Origin: Rhodospirillales bacterium
GTDB taxonomy: Bacteria > Pseudomonadota > Alphaproteobacteria > Rhodospirillales > Casp-alpha2
Length of the DNA stretch: 64,000 nucleotides
Direction of reading: 5' to 3'
NCBI GenBank assembly: GCA_013203955.1
Contig: JABMOY010000140.1
Location: forward strand, 1,362 to 65,361
Shown: positions 53,628-62,572 of the stretch, piece after piece
Layout: every line of letters begins with the position of its first letter
Numbering within the stretch: the first letter of the stretch is position 1
The notes under the pieces: model-generated
The model's database searches: none
What the model saw: the letters and a program-made list of their open reading frames with translations, nothing else
Told to the model about the DNA's origin: nothing
Made by a program: the position numbers and the translations under genes

Positions 53628-55588
53628 GACGTCGAGGCCTTCGGAGGGAATACAGGCGTAATGCCGATATCGCCCAGGCGGTCGAACAGGTCCCGGGCGG
53701 CGTTCGTTCCGTCTTCGCTGGCGGCGGGAATGAAATAGCCGCAGCCCATGTTTTTCAGGCAAAGGGCGGCGAAGACCATTTCCCGGGGACCGCTGAGCCG
53801 GCCATAGGCAGCGAACCCGCCGAGAACCACCCGGCCTTCGGGATAGATCCCCGATTGCAAGGCCGCTTGATAGCTTTCCATCACCGGGTCGGGTTGGGAT
53901 TCGCCCGGCGCATCGGGGTCGATGGACGGGCTGATGTAGAGCCCGTCGGCCTTGGTTGAAGCCAAGGCATCAATGTGGAAATTCTGCAATTTCTGGGTGG
54001 ACGAGGCTTCACCGTAAAACCCGGCGACCCGGCTCCAGCCCTTCTGGTTGAAGATAAAACGGGTCTGGGCCGGGAAAAGCTGGTAATGGCGCCACGGCGA
54101 TGGAATTCGATTGACCAGCGTTACCGGCCCGGCGACGGCCATGTCCCCGGCGGCCAGCAACCGCTGCACGCCCGGATGGTCCCGAGCGTCGGTCTCGAAC
54201 AAGGCTTTGGCCGTCTTGTCGAAATCAAGCGGATAAATTTCCGTGACATCCATGAAGGCGTGGGCCTCGCGGCTATCCGACGTCAGCGCGATCCTGTCCC
54301 CGGGGGCGAAGGCTTTGGTCTTTTCCACCATCGTCTGCAAAACGACCGGCAGGGTCCAGGCGAGGCCATCGTTAAGTTGGTATTTGGTCAAAACCGATTC
54401 CAAGGTCGCCTGGTCCATGAAGCCGGTCAAAGGGGAATAGGTGCCCAGCGCAATCTGCTGGCAATCGAGAAGATCCCTGGCCGAAACCTGGAGCCGGGGC
54501 AGGCCATCCAACGCTTCGCCATCGGCGGCCTCGCGGTGGACTAAGGCGCCACCGTGCGGTTCGGGCAGCAGCGACACGGGGTCAAGGTGGTAGCGGTCGG
54601 TTTCGTCGTCGTCCCGATTTTCGAAGACGTTGATCATCTTCGCCACCATGTTGGCGCAGCGCACCGGGTATTGGCCGATGGCCGTTTCCGCCGCCAAGAC
54701 GACCCCGTCGGCACCGTCCAAGAAGGTATTGTAGATGTCGTTGACTTCGGCCCGGGTGGGCACGGGCTCTGTGACCATCGATTCAAGCAGGTTGGTTGCC
54801 ACATAGACCTTTCGGTTTTTGGCGCCGGCCGTTTTGATAATCTTTTTCTGGTAGGCGGGGATGAGTTCGATGGGAACTTCGCGCGATAAATCGCCCCGGT
54901 CGATCAATATGGCATCGGACAGTTCGGCGATTTCTTCAAGATTGTCGACGCCGTTGCGGCATTCGATCTTGGAAATGATGGAGGAACCTTTTCCGGTCAG
55001 CGTTCGAAGCTCCCTTACGTCCTTTCCGGAATTGGCGAACGATAGGGCGAAATGAGTGACTCCTAAGTCGACGCCGATGGCGACTGCCGCTCGATCCTTT
55101 TCCGTCAGCGCTGGCATAGTGATGGGTCGGTCCACGGTAACGGCCTTATTGCGACCAAATTTTCCGCCGTTGAGAACCCTCATGGAGAGCGTATCGGCGG
55201 TGCAATCGATGACCTGAACCAGGACGGCGTTGAAATCGATGCTGATTATGTCGCCGACTTGGAATTCCGAAATGATGCCGTGGGGATAAAAATTGAAATC
55301 TTTGCCGTTTCCCGGAACCGTTTCCCGGTGCGCCCGGACGATGGCATTTTCATCCATTTGAAAGGTTGGCTCCGTTAGGTCCCCGGTGCGGATCTGCGCG
55401 CCTTCCGTATCCAAGGACAGCGGCACCCGGGTTAACGAGGTAACGAAACGGATGGCGTCGGCGACGTCGTCCAGCTTAGTGTGGGACAGGTTGATCCTGA
55501 ACAACGTCACGCCCAGCTCTTCCAGCCGGGCAATGACGTGCTCGTTCATGGAAGCCGGGCCGAGGGTGCAGAGAATTTCTTTGGTCAT
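53624..55588 (-). CDS. Fusion protein: pyruvate-kinase-like barrel (about aa 1-335) plus ATP-sulfurylase-like domain with degenerate catalytic motifs (about aa 340-654)
   Basis: PK motifs: ILCTLGPAS, RINLSH, LDTEGAQIRTG, ISKIE, IDRGDLSREVP, ATNLLESM, PTRAEVND, LAAETA. Sat-like part: GTYSPLTGFM, GPREMVFAALCLKNMGCGYFI. GFYGEASSTQ replaces QTRNPxHxxH, and PAASEDG replaces GRDHAG. Confidence 0.8.
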   Translation of the reverse strand: MTKEILCTLGPASMNEHVIARLEELGVTLFRINLSHTKLDDVADAIRFVTSLTRVPLSLDTEGAQIRTGDLTEPTFQMDENAIVRAHRETVPGNGKDFNFYPHGIISEFQVGDIISIDFNAVLVQVIDCTADTLSMRVLNGGKFGRNKAVTVDRPITMPALTEKDRAAVAIGVDLGVTHFALSFANSGKDVRELRTLTGKGSSIISKIECRNGVDNLEEIAELSDAILIDRGDLSREVPIELIPAYQKKIIKTAGAKNRKVYVATNLLESMVTEPVPTRAEVNDIYNTFLDGADGVVLAAETAIGQYPVRCANMVAKMINVFENRDDDETDRYHLDPVSLLPEPHGGALVHREAADGEALDGLPRLQVSARDLLDCQQIALGTYSPLTGFMDQATLESVLTKYQLNDGLAWTLPVVLQTMVEKTKAFAPGDRIALTSDSREAHAFMDVTEIYPLDFDKTAKALFETDARDHPGVQRLLAAGDMAVAGPVTLVNRIPSPWRHYQLFPAQTRFIFNQKGWSRVAGFYGEASSTQKLQNFHIDALASTKADGLYISPSIDPDAPGESQPDPVMESYQAALQSGIYPEGRVVLGGFAAYGRLSGPREMVFAALCLKNMGCGYFIPAASEDGTNAARDLFDRLGDIGITPVFPPKASTS

Positions 55589-55677
55589 GGGTAGGTTTTA
55601 TTCATTTCCGGAGCGCTCGCACATGCGGACAGTGCTCAGCCGGTAGGCGATATAGATGGGTATAAAAATCAGAAAAC

Positions 55678-56349
55678 TTAACATCCTTTCGGTGTGACGC
55701 AGAGCGCCCAAAGGAAATGGCTCATGGCGGGGAAGCCCGTGTGGATCACCTCGTCGTTCATGCCGAACATGAAGACGGTTTGGAAATAGGCCTCACCTAG
55801 TTTTTTCAGCGTTTCGTGTGTCTTCAAGTTGATATGGCCCTTTTTCGACCATTCCGACGCGTATTGGTCGGCGGTTTTATTGGGCGTGCCGATTAACAAG
55901 ACGCCGTGATCTTCAAGGGAAGCCGCCAGGTTTTCCATGAAGCCGGCTTCTTCCTTGGGTGCGATGTGTTCGATCACGTCAATCAGGTAAATGGCATTGA
56001 CCGGTTTGGAATAAGGCCCTTCGCGAAAATCGACATATTCAAAAGAGGCGTTCTCGACGAAAGAAAGTCGGCCACGGATATCCGCTAACATGTCTTCGTT
56101 GATGTCGGTACCGATAAGTGCGCCGACGGCATCGGCGACGATGGGGGCGCCGAAACCGTCACCGCAGCCGACCTCGATGGCGGTCTTGCAGCCATCCAGC
56201 ATTTTGGCGGCAAATTTATAGCGGGCAGCGACGAAGGCGATGCGCTTCGGATCATTGGCGTAGGTGTGGGACATGTAGCGGCCGAGCGTCACCGGCTCGC
56301 CGCCGACGTCTTTTTCTAGGTCTTGCCAGTGTTTCTTCGAATCGGTCAT
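55678..56349 (-). CDS. Class I SAM-dependent methyltransferase
   Basis: 223 aa. Motif I AIEVGCGDGFGAPIV, then IYLIDVIEH. Confidence 0.8.
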   Translation of the reverse strand: MTDSKKHWQDLEKDVGGEPVTLGRYMSHTYANDPKRIAFVAARYKFAAKMLDGCKTAIEVGCGDGFGAPIVADAVGALIGTDINEDMLADIRGRLSFVENASFEYVDFREGPYSKPVNAIYLIDVIEHIAPKEEAGFMENLAASLEDHGVLLIGTPNKTADQYASEWSKKGHINLKTHETLKKLGEAYFQTVFMFGMNDEVIHTGFPAMSHFLWALCVTPKGC

Positions 56350-56367
56350 GGGGTTCTCCGCCGTCCG

Positions 56368-57291
56368 TCAGCCGCCGGCTCGAACGGCGGCCAAAATGGT
56401 ATCCTTATCCAGGCCGTGCTTGGCCCTGAGATCGTCGTGCGATCCGTAACAGTGAATGAATTCGTCCTTAAGCGTGAAGGTATGTAGTTGGCACGTCGCC
56501 TTTTCGTCCCAAGCGATCTGCTTTGTCATCGGCGCCAGTCCACCCCGGGGCGCGTGCTCCTCGATGACAATGGCGGTCTTGTGGTCGCGTAGCGCTTTGG
56601 CGATGCCTTCGCGGTCCAGGGGCTTTAAGGTATGGACGTTCAACACCGAAACCGACGCGCCGCCGACTTCCAGCGTGTCGGCGATTTCCATCGCCATCGA
56701 CATGATGGGGCCGTGCGACAGGACGCAAATGTCCCGGCCTTCCCGGAGACGGCGGACTTTGCCGAACTCGAACGGATCGAGGGCGTTTCCTGTCAACACC
56801 GGCTCGCCCGCCTTGCCAAGCTTGAAATACATCGGCCCCTTGTTTTCCAGCGCGCAGTAACGAGTCATCTCCATTGTTTCCGCCGGGTCGCAAGGCGTCA
56901 GGATCTGCATGTTGGGCAGTGCCCCGGCGATGGCAATATCTTCCTGGGTGTGATGGGTTCCCCCCAGCGTTGAATAAACGATGCCGCTGCCCATGCCGAC
57001 GACGGTGACGGGCAAGTTCTGGTAACACAGATCGTCGCGGACCATTTCGAACGGCCGGTAAAGGGTGAACGTAGCGATGGTATAGGCAAACGGCCGGAAC
57101 CCTTTCAGGGCCATGCCGGCGCAGATGCCGATCATGTTCTGCTCGGCGACTCCGACATTGATGAAACGTTCGGGGCATTCTTCCTGGAACTTGACCATGG
57201 ACCCGGCCGGCGAAATATCGGCGACGACGATGCTGACCCGATCGTCCTCGACGGCCGCTTGGTAAAGGGATTCGGCGAAGGCATTTCTCAT
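56368..57291 (-). CDS. Transketolase-family protein, C-terminal (pyrimidine-binding) subunit
   Basis: ERFINVGVAEQNMIGICAGMALKGFRPF motif. ATG 57291 forms an ATGA overlap with the N-terminal-subunit gene. Confidence 0.88.
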   Translation of the reverse strand: MRNAFAESLYQAAVEDDRVSIVVADISPAGSMVKFQEECPERFINVGVAEQNMIGICAGMALKGFRPFAYTIATFTLYRPFEMVRDDLCYQNLPVTVVGMGSGIVYSTLGGTHHTQEDIAIAGALPNMQILTPCDPAETMEMTRYCALENKGPMYFKLGKAGEPVLTGNALDPFEFGKVRRLREGRDICVLSHGPIMSMAMEIADTLEVGGASVSVLNVHTLKPLDREGIAKALRDHKTAIVIEEHAPRGGLAPMTKQIAWDEKATCQLHTFTLKDEFIHCYGSHDDLRAKHGLDKDTILAAVRAGG

Positions 57292-58118
57292 GAACTGGAC
57301 TCGAGCTCTTTCATGGCTTGTTCGTATTCTTCTGGGTTGGGTGCCCGGTAGTGCCATATCGGCACATTTTCCATATAGCTCACGCCCTTGCCCTTGGTCG
57401 TCTTGGCGATGGCCATGAAGGGCTTGCCCCCCTGGCGATCCGTTGCCGCCTTAAAAAGGGGCTCTGCGTCGTGGCCGTCGAGTTCGACGGCTTCCCAGCC
57501 GAAGGCGGTAATCTTGTCGAGGACCGGATAGAAGCTGGGGTGGGTTTCCGATGTTCTCCCTAAGCTTTGGAAATCGTTGTTGTCCATGAACACGATCAGG
57601 TTATCCAACCCCATTGAAGACGCCATCATGAGGGCTTCCCAGGTTGATCCTTCCTGCGCTTCGCCATCGCTGATAACAACGTAAATTTTTACACCCCGGC
57701 CTTTGAGCTTTTCCGCATAGGCCATGCCGACGGCCATGGATAGGCCGTGGCCTAACGACCCGGTGGATGCCTCGATCCCGGGATTGCCGTAATCGGGATG
57801 GCACCCCAGCCGCCCTTCGGGCGTGCAGTATAGGTCAAGGTCCTTGCGGTTCAGTATGCCAAGGTCCTCCAAGACCACGTACTGGATCATGCAGCCGTGA
57901 CCCTTGGACATCAGGAAGGTATCCATTGGCGTTCCATCGTCTGTCCGGTTCATCAAGCCGTTGTAGATCAAATCGACGATTTCCGTGCACGAAAAGGCGG
58001 CGGCGATGTGCAGCGCCGTAACCTGCTGGGAAATCTCCAGTATGCGCTTGCGGTAGTCCCGGCACCGGGACTTGGCGGCCTCGGCATCGAAGCTGTTGGA
58101 TTGTTTGTTTGCAGTCAT
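57288..58118 (-). CDS. Transketolase-family protein, N-terminal (ThDP diphosphate-binding) subunit
   Basis: SKGHGCM, GSLGHGLSMAVG, VVISDGEAQEGSTWEALMMAS...NLIVFMDNN (ThDP motif). ATG 58118 (MTANKQ) is preferred over the track start at 58220, which overlaps the upstream gene. Confidence 0.88.
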   Translation of the reverse strand: MTANKQSNSFDAEAAKSRCRDYRKRILEISQQVTALHIAAAFSCTEIVDLIYNGLMNRTDDGTPMDTFLMSKGHGCMIQYVVLEDLGILNRKDLDLYCTPEGRLGCHPDYGNPGIEASTGSLGHGLSMAVGMAYAEKLKGRGVKIYVVISDGEAQEGSTWEALMMASSMGLDNLIVFMDNNDFQSLGRTSETHPSFYPVLDKITAFGWEAVELDGHDAEPLFKAATDRQGGKPFMAIAKTTKGKGVSYMENVPIWHYRAPNPEEYEQAMKELESSS

Positions 58119-58131
58119 TCTTTGATGGGTA

Positions 58132-58797
58132 TTATTCGAAAAAGATGAACCCGTAATCGCCGTGAAAGCCGTTTTTCTTGTAGATCCAGACCCATTCTTC
58201 AGGCGAATAGAACGATTCACAAGTCAATTGCCAATAGAGCAGGTTGGCCTTCTCTTTTTCGTTCCGATAGGACTCGAGCAGTATGTATTTCTTGTCGTTC
58301 TTGCCGACCCGCTCGATTTCCCCAACGGCTTTGTAGAGGTTGGGAAGTTGGAGATTATGGAGCGTGTTCAGGGTGTAGACGAAATCGAATTCGTTGTCTT
58401 CGAACGGCAGATCGGTTGCGGTTGCGAGCTTGAGGAACGGCTTGACCTCTTCTTTGGCATGCTCAAGCCCGTATTCGGAAACATCGATGCCGGCGACTTC
58501 TATCCCCGGCACAGCCTGGGTGAGCTCATACAATAGAAAGGCCTTACCGCAGCCGACGTCGAGGATTCTGTCGCCGGCTTTCAAGTCGTAATGATTGGCC
58601 ATGGCGTCGGCAACAGCGCGCCAGCGTCCGTCATAGGTGTAGCCGCCATAACCGTAACGGCGGTCGCCGTCCCAATAGTCCTTACCCCACTGTTTGGCCA
58701 CCGTGGCGCTTTCCGCCTTGTCGTGCTCGACCACGCGTTGGACATAATCGCGTTTGGTGCTGGTGTGAAGGCTTGAGATGAAATCGATTTCCTTCAT
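58132..58797 (-). CDS. Class I SAM-dependent methyltransferase
   Basis: 221 aa. Motif I ILDVGCGKAFLLYEL. The start abuts the upstream stop (TAAATG). Confidence 0.8.
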   Translation of the reverse strand: MKEIDFISSLHTSTKRDYVQRVVEHDKAESATVAKQWGKDYWDGDRRYGYGGYTYDGRWRAVADAMANHYDLKAGDRILDVGCGKAFLLYELTQAVPGIEVAGIDVSEYGLEHAKEEVKPFLKLATATDLPFEDNEFDFVYTLNTLHNLQLPNLYKAVGEIERVGKNDKKYILLESYRNEKEKANLLYWQLTCESFYSPEEWVWIYKKNGFHGDYGFIFFE

Positions 58798-59862
58798 TTA
58801 GACGAAGACCGCGTGGTCGGGATCAAGCGTCAACTGGTCGATGATGGCCAGGTTCTTTGCATGGGCGACGCAATGATGGTTGCATGACTTTGACGGGTCC
58901 AGTGCGTACAGTCGTTCACGAGCCTCGTCGGAAAACCAGAAATCCTTGAACGACCGGTCCTTGATCGACCCCAGCAGCCCGGCCTGAGTGAAAGCCTTGT
59001 CCTGGCAGGTGTAGACGTTGCTATCGGCGCCGATGACGGTCAGAAATTGGAGAAATGGACAGGATGTATAGGACTTGGCGAATCGGTCTTCCATTTCATG
59101 ATAATGATTGACGACGGCGAAGTTGTTATCCTGAAGCGCCTGGGTCCGTTCAATTTCGGCCAGGACAACATCTTGAAATTTTCTATGATAGGCGTTGTTG
59201 GCTTCAACTTCGTTATCGACAACGGCGGCTGATAATTTTACATGATCGGCGCCGGCCTCTTTTAATTGGACGCAAGCGTCATAGATGTGATTGTGGTTAT
59301 CCTTGCCGATTATAAAGCTGATACCCATGACACAAGACGATTTCATGGATGAAAAATTTTTCATGTTTCGAAGAAGCTTGGTGAAATTACCATCGGCAAT
59401 TCCACGGGACGCGCTGTAGCTGGCATCATCCCAACCGTCCACGGAAATCCTGATCCATGTTCCGTGTTCGGCGAAGGCTTCGGCCACCTTGCCTTTCAGG
59501 TTAGACCCGTTGGTCAGGCTGGCGACCTTGATGCCGTTGGTGGCCAAGCGTTCGACAACCTTAGGCAACGGTTTGTAGAGCAGAGGTTCTCCGCCTCCGG
59601 AAAAGGTCACTGCCTTGACCCCCATGTCGATAACATCATCGACGATTTCGAACATCTTGTTGGTGGGCAAAACGTCCTTCAGGTCCATGTCCTCACCCAA
59701 TTGCAGATTGTCGACCCGATAGGCGCAGTACCAGCAATTGTGGTTGCAATGGTTGAACGGCTTGATGCGAATATGGACGGGCGCGACGACGCTGTGTTCT
59801 TTGAGAGCGTCGATATGGCCTGTATGGCCGAGAAATTTCAGGTTGCTGTATAACCTAGACAC
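58798..59862 (-). CDS. Radical SAM protein with a SPASM-like C-terminal Cys cluster
   Basis: 354 aa with a GTG start at 59862 preceded by GGAGG. CNHNCWYC (C-x3-C-x2-C), GGGEPL. C-terminal cysteines: SCPFLQ...YTCQD...SCNHHC. Confidence 0.8.
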   Translation of the reverse strand: MSRLYSNLKFLGHTGHIDALKEHSVVAPVHIRIKPFNHCNHNCWYCAYRVDNLQLGEDMDLKDVLPTNKMFEIVDDVIDMGVKAVTFSGGGEPLLYKPLPKVVERLATNGIKVASLTNGSNLKGKVAEAFAEHGTWIRISVDGWDDASYSASRGIADGNFTKLLRNMKNFSSMKSSCVMGISFIIGKDNHNHIYDACVQLKEAGADHVKLSAAVVDNEVEANNAYHRKFQDVVLAEIERTQALQDNNFAVVNHYHEMEDRFAKSYTSCPFLQFLTVIGADSNVYTCQDKAFTQAGLLGSIKDRSFKDFWFSDEARERLYALDPSKSCNHHCVAHAKNLAIIDQLTLDPDHAVFV

Positions 59863-59963
59863 GGTGGGCGCCTCCGGCTGTCTGTGTGGGTTTAGTGAAA
59901 TCCAAGAATCTGTCCCCGGTTATCCCGGTTGAAGGGCTGTTTTGTTATTTAAGAACTGAGCGG

Positions 59964-61550
59964 CTATTTCAAAAGCCCGATAATGGCTTTCTTTACATCG
60001 CCCTTTTCGATCAAGGTTCGGTGCCCGATCTGCTTGGCCTTGATCCCCCCGACGACGTTGCCGATAAACCCGACGTCTTCGACATCGCCCCCCAAAGCCA
60101 ACAGAACGGCAGTGATGGCGAGAAAAGCATCACCCGAGCCCATAGTGTCAACCGGACCATATTCCAGGGCAGGGACGAACTTGGTCCCGGTTTCGCGACC
60201 CCAGCACGAACTGCCGACGCTGCCACGGGTAACGAAGAACCTGTCACAGTTTAGGCGGGGAATAAGGAGTTGTTTGAGAATATCATCGATATTCATGTGC
60301 TTGTCGCAGACCGCCAGTCGGGCCTCGCGTTCGTCGATGCAAATGTAATCGGCCTTGGGGTATTTGGTAATCAAGTTGAACCCCATGTTGGCGCTGTTGG
60401 CCTGGGCGTTGACGGCTAGGAACTTCGACTTGTCCATGAGGGTCTCGATCATCGGTTTCTCGATCATGCCGTGTCCGAAATCGCAAACGACAACGACGTC
60501 CGCTTTGCCGACGCGGGATCTGATTTCGTTATTTATGGCCCGGATTTCAGAATCGGAAATCGGCGTGTCGTCAATGTGCGAGACCTCGAACAACTTCCTG
60601 AGAAGGCCCAAGTACCGGGAGCCTGAATCCACGTACCGCCGTTTGCGGATGGTCGGTCGACCGTCCAGCCGGACGGACGACAAGGTAACGTTGGGTGCCA
60701 GGAGCGAGCGTACGAAGTCTTCGTAATCGTCATTGCCGCCCAGGACGGTCACGATCTCGACTTCGGCGCAGAAGCTGGCGGCGTGGTTGGCGGCAGCGAT
60801 AACGCCGCCGGCGAACAGTTCGCGTTCGTGAAACTGGGTGGCAATGATGCTGTCCTTGGCCGTCTTCCCGAGGGGCGAAACATACAAATATTCATCAAGG
60901 ATGGTTTCCCCGACGAATAGCGCCTTCGTTTTTGCCGCACGGTCGATCAGTCTGATAAGACCCTCCAGCCGGTTGCCATCGCGAAGTTGGCCTAAGAAAT
61001 TCTGAACCGCTGGTGGCCGCGACAGCAAATGTTCGTTGATCAATTGCGACGAGGAGAAGGTCAGGTCATCGGTAAAGGCTAGCCGCCCTCCGTGTTTTTC
61101 GACGATTTCCTGTTCGTTGACGATTTTCCCCGTCGGATCGTCCCCGGCGTCACCGTAATCGCTACCCTTGACGTAGACGCTCGGCTTTATGGCTTCCAGC
61201 AAATTTTCGGCCGTCGCTTCGAAATTGACGCCGGCCCAATCCACGTATTCCAGGGCCGCCAGCATTTCCGCCCTAAGCTCCTCGGGGAAAACGGGCCGAC
61301 CGGGGCCTTTATTGACGAATTGGTCCGCAGTGACCGTAACCATCAGCACATCACCCAGTTCACGGGCTTTTTCAAGGTGACGGACATGGCCCAGGTGCAG
61401 CAGATCAAACACGCCGTGAGCCAAAACCACGGCCTTGCCCTCGGCCTTGGCCTTTTCACTGATATCGGCCAGTTCGGGCACCGTCTTGATCAAATCCCTG
61501 ACGGAAGCCATGCTCCGGGCTTGGTTTTTTTTATCGTTCGTTTTGCTCAT
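59964..61550 (-). CDS. Bifunctional cytidylyltransferase-like nucleotidyltransferase (N-terminal) plus PfkB-family sugar kinase (C-terminal); HldE-like with inverted domain order
   Basis: 528 aa. N-domain VLAHGVFDLLHLGHVRHLEKAREL (HxGH nucleotidyltransferase motif). C-domain ends with the PfkB signature VDTMGSGDAF. Confidence 0.8.
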   Translation of the reverse strand: MSKTNDKKNQARSMASVRDLIKTVPELADISEKAKAEGKAVVLAHGVFDLLHLGHVRHLEKARELGDVLMVTVTADQFVNKGPGRPVFPEELRAEMLAALEYVDWAGVNFEATAENLLEAIKPSVYVKGSDYGDAGDDPTGKIVNEQEIVEKHGGRLAFTDDLTFSSSQLINEHLLSRPPAVQNFLGQLRDGNRLEGLIRLIDRAAKTKALFVGETILDEYLYVSPLGKTAKDSIIATQFHERELFAGGVIAAANHAASFCAEVEIVTVLGGNDDYEDFVRSLLAPNVTLSSVRLDGRPTIRKRRYVDSGSRYLGLLRKLFEVSHIDDTPISDSEIRAINNEIRSRVGKADVVVVCDFGHGMIEKPMIETLMDKSKFLAVNAQANSANMGFNLITKYPKADYICIDEREARLAVCDKHMNIDDILKQLLIPRLNCDRFFVTRGSVGSSCWGRETGTKFVPALEYGPVDTMGSGDAFLAITAVLLALGGDVEDVGFIGNVVGGIKAKQIGHRTLIEKGDVKKAIIGLLK

Positions 61551-61576
61551 TTAGGCCTTAACTTTTCAAAAAATTC

Positions 61577-62572
61577 TTATTTTTGTAAATGGTCGAACCA
61601 GGCGGCAGTTGCCTTTTCAATAGATTCCGGATTCCACAACGGAGCATCACGCCAATCGTCTATATTTTCCAGCATATTGGCGATGCCGTCCTCGAACGAA
61701 ATGGCGGGTTCCCATCCCAGGTGATCCCTGATCTTGGAAATATCCGCCCAGGTGCAATCAGGCTCGCCTGGACGCTTGGGTACCGACACCGTTTCTCCGC
61801 CCAGCAGCTCGACCAGCCGGTTGACGGGTTGTGGGGCGCCGGCGCCCAGGTTGTAAATTTCGCCGGCCCGGTCTGTTTCGGCGGCCAGAAGGAAGGCCTT
61901 GACGACGTCAGTAACATATAAGAAGTCGCGGCGTTGCGTGCCGTCGCCGACGACGGTGAAAGGTTCGCCCGCTAGCTTTTGTTTCAGGAACACCCCGAAA
62001 ACGGCGCCATAAACGCCGGTGGTTCTAACACGCGGGCCATAGGCATTAAAAATTCTGATCGAGTTCACCGGCAGCCCATAAACGCGGTGCCAGTGGAAGA
62101 CGGCTTCTTCGCCTAGGTTTTTACTGAGCGCATAAGGATATTCTGGCCGAACACGATGATCTTCCGTAGTCGGCACATCGGCCAAGCCGTAGCACGAGCT
62201 CGACGCCGCATAAACCAGCTTTTCACAGCCAGCGTGGCGGGCGGCTTCGAGAACACTAACCGTTCCCATGATGTTGGTGGACATGTAGTCCGCTGGGTTT
62301 TCAATAGACGGAACGATGTCGCCGATACCGGCAAAATGAAAAACGTATTTTGCGTCTGAAAACAAATTGTCATCGGTGAGCAGATCGCGGATATCACGGG
62401 TGTCGAGGTCGAGCCCGGGGTTGTCTTTGACGTGGGCGAGATTGGATTCGCGCCCGCCCGTCAGGTTGTCGATGATGCGAACCGAATGCCCTCGTTCCAG
62501 TAACAAGTCAACCATGTGGCTGCCGACAAAACCGGCGCCCCCGGTGACGACGGTGACAGGCGCCTTGCTCAT
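61577..62572 (-). CDS. NAD-dependent epimerase/dehydratase (extended SDR)
   Basis: 331 aa. VVTGGAGFVGSHMVDLL and YALSK (YxxxK). Confidence 0.85.
   Translation of the reverse strand: MSKAPVTVVTGGAGFVGSHMVDLLLERGHSVRIIDNLTGGRESNLAHVKDNPGLDLDTRDIRDLLTDDNLFSDAKYVFHFAGIGDIVPSIENPADYMSTNIMGTVSVLEAARHAGCEKLVYAASSSCYGLADVPTTEDHRVRPEYPYALSKNLGEEAVFHWHRVYGLPVNSIRIFNAYGPRVRTTGVYGAVFGVFLKQKLAGEPFTVVGDGTQRRDFLYVTDVVKAFLLAAETDRAGEIYNLGAGAPQPVNRLVELLGGETVSVPKRPGEPDCTWADISKIRDHLGWEPAISFEDGIANMLENIDDWRDAPLWNPESIEKATAAWFDHLQK

Noticed and set aside
53624-55588. The possibility that the N-terminal PEP/pyruvate-binding barrel is the missing PEP mutase.
   Set aside because: The motifs are specifically pyruvate-kinase-like (PTRAEVND, LLESM, DRGDL, TLGPAS), not those of the isocitrate-lyase/PEP-mutase family. 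Only the superfamily fold is shared.
56368-58118. The possibility that the split transketolase pair is the missing phosphonopyruvate decarboxylase.
   Set aside because: Known Ppd enzymes belong to the acetolactate-synthase/sulfopyruvate-decarboxylase type of ThDP enzymes. These two ORFs have classic transketolase N- and C-subunit motifs. A substitute role cannot be excluded, but nothing in the sequence supports it.
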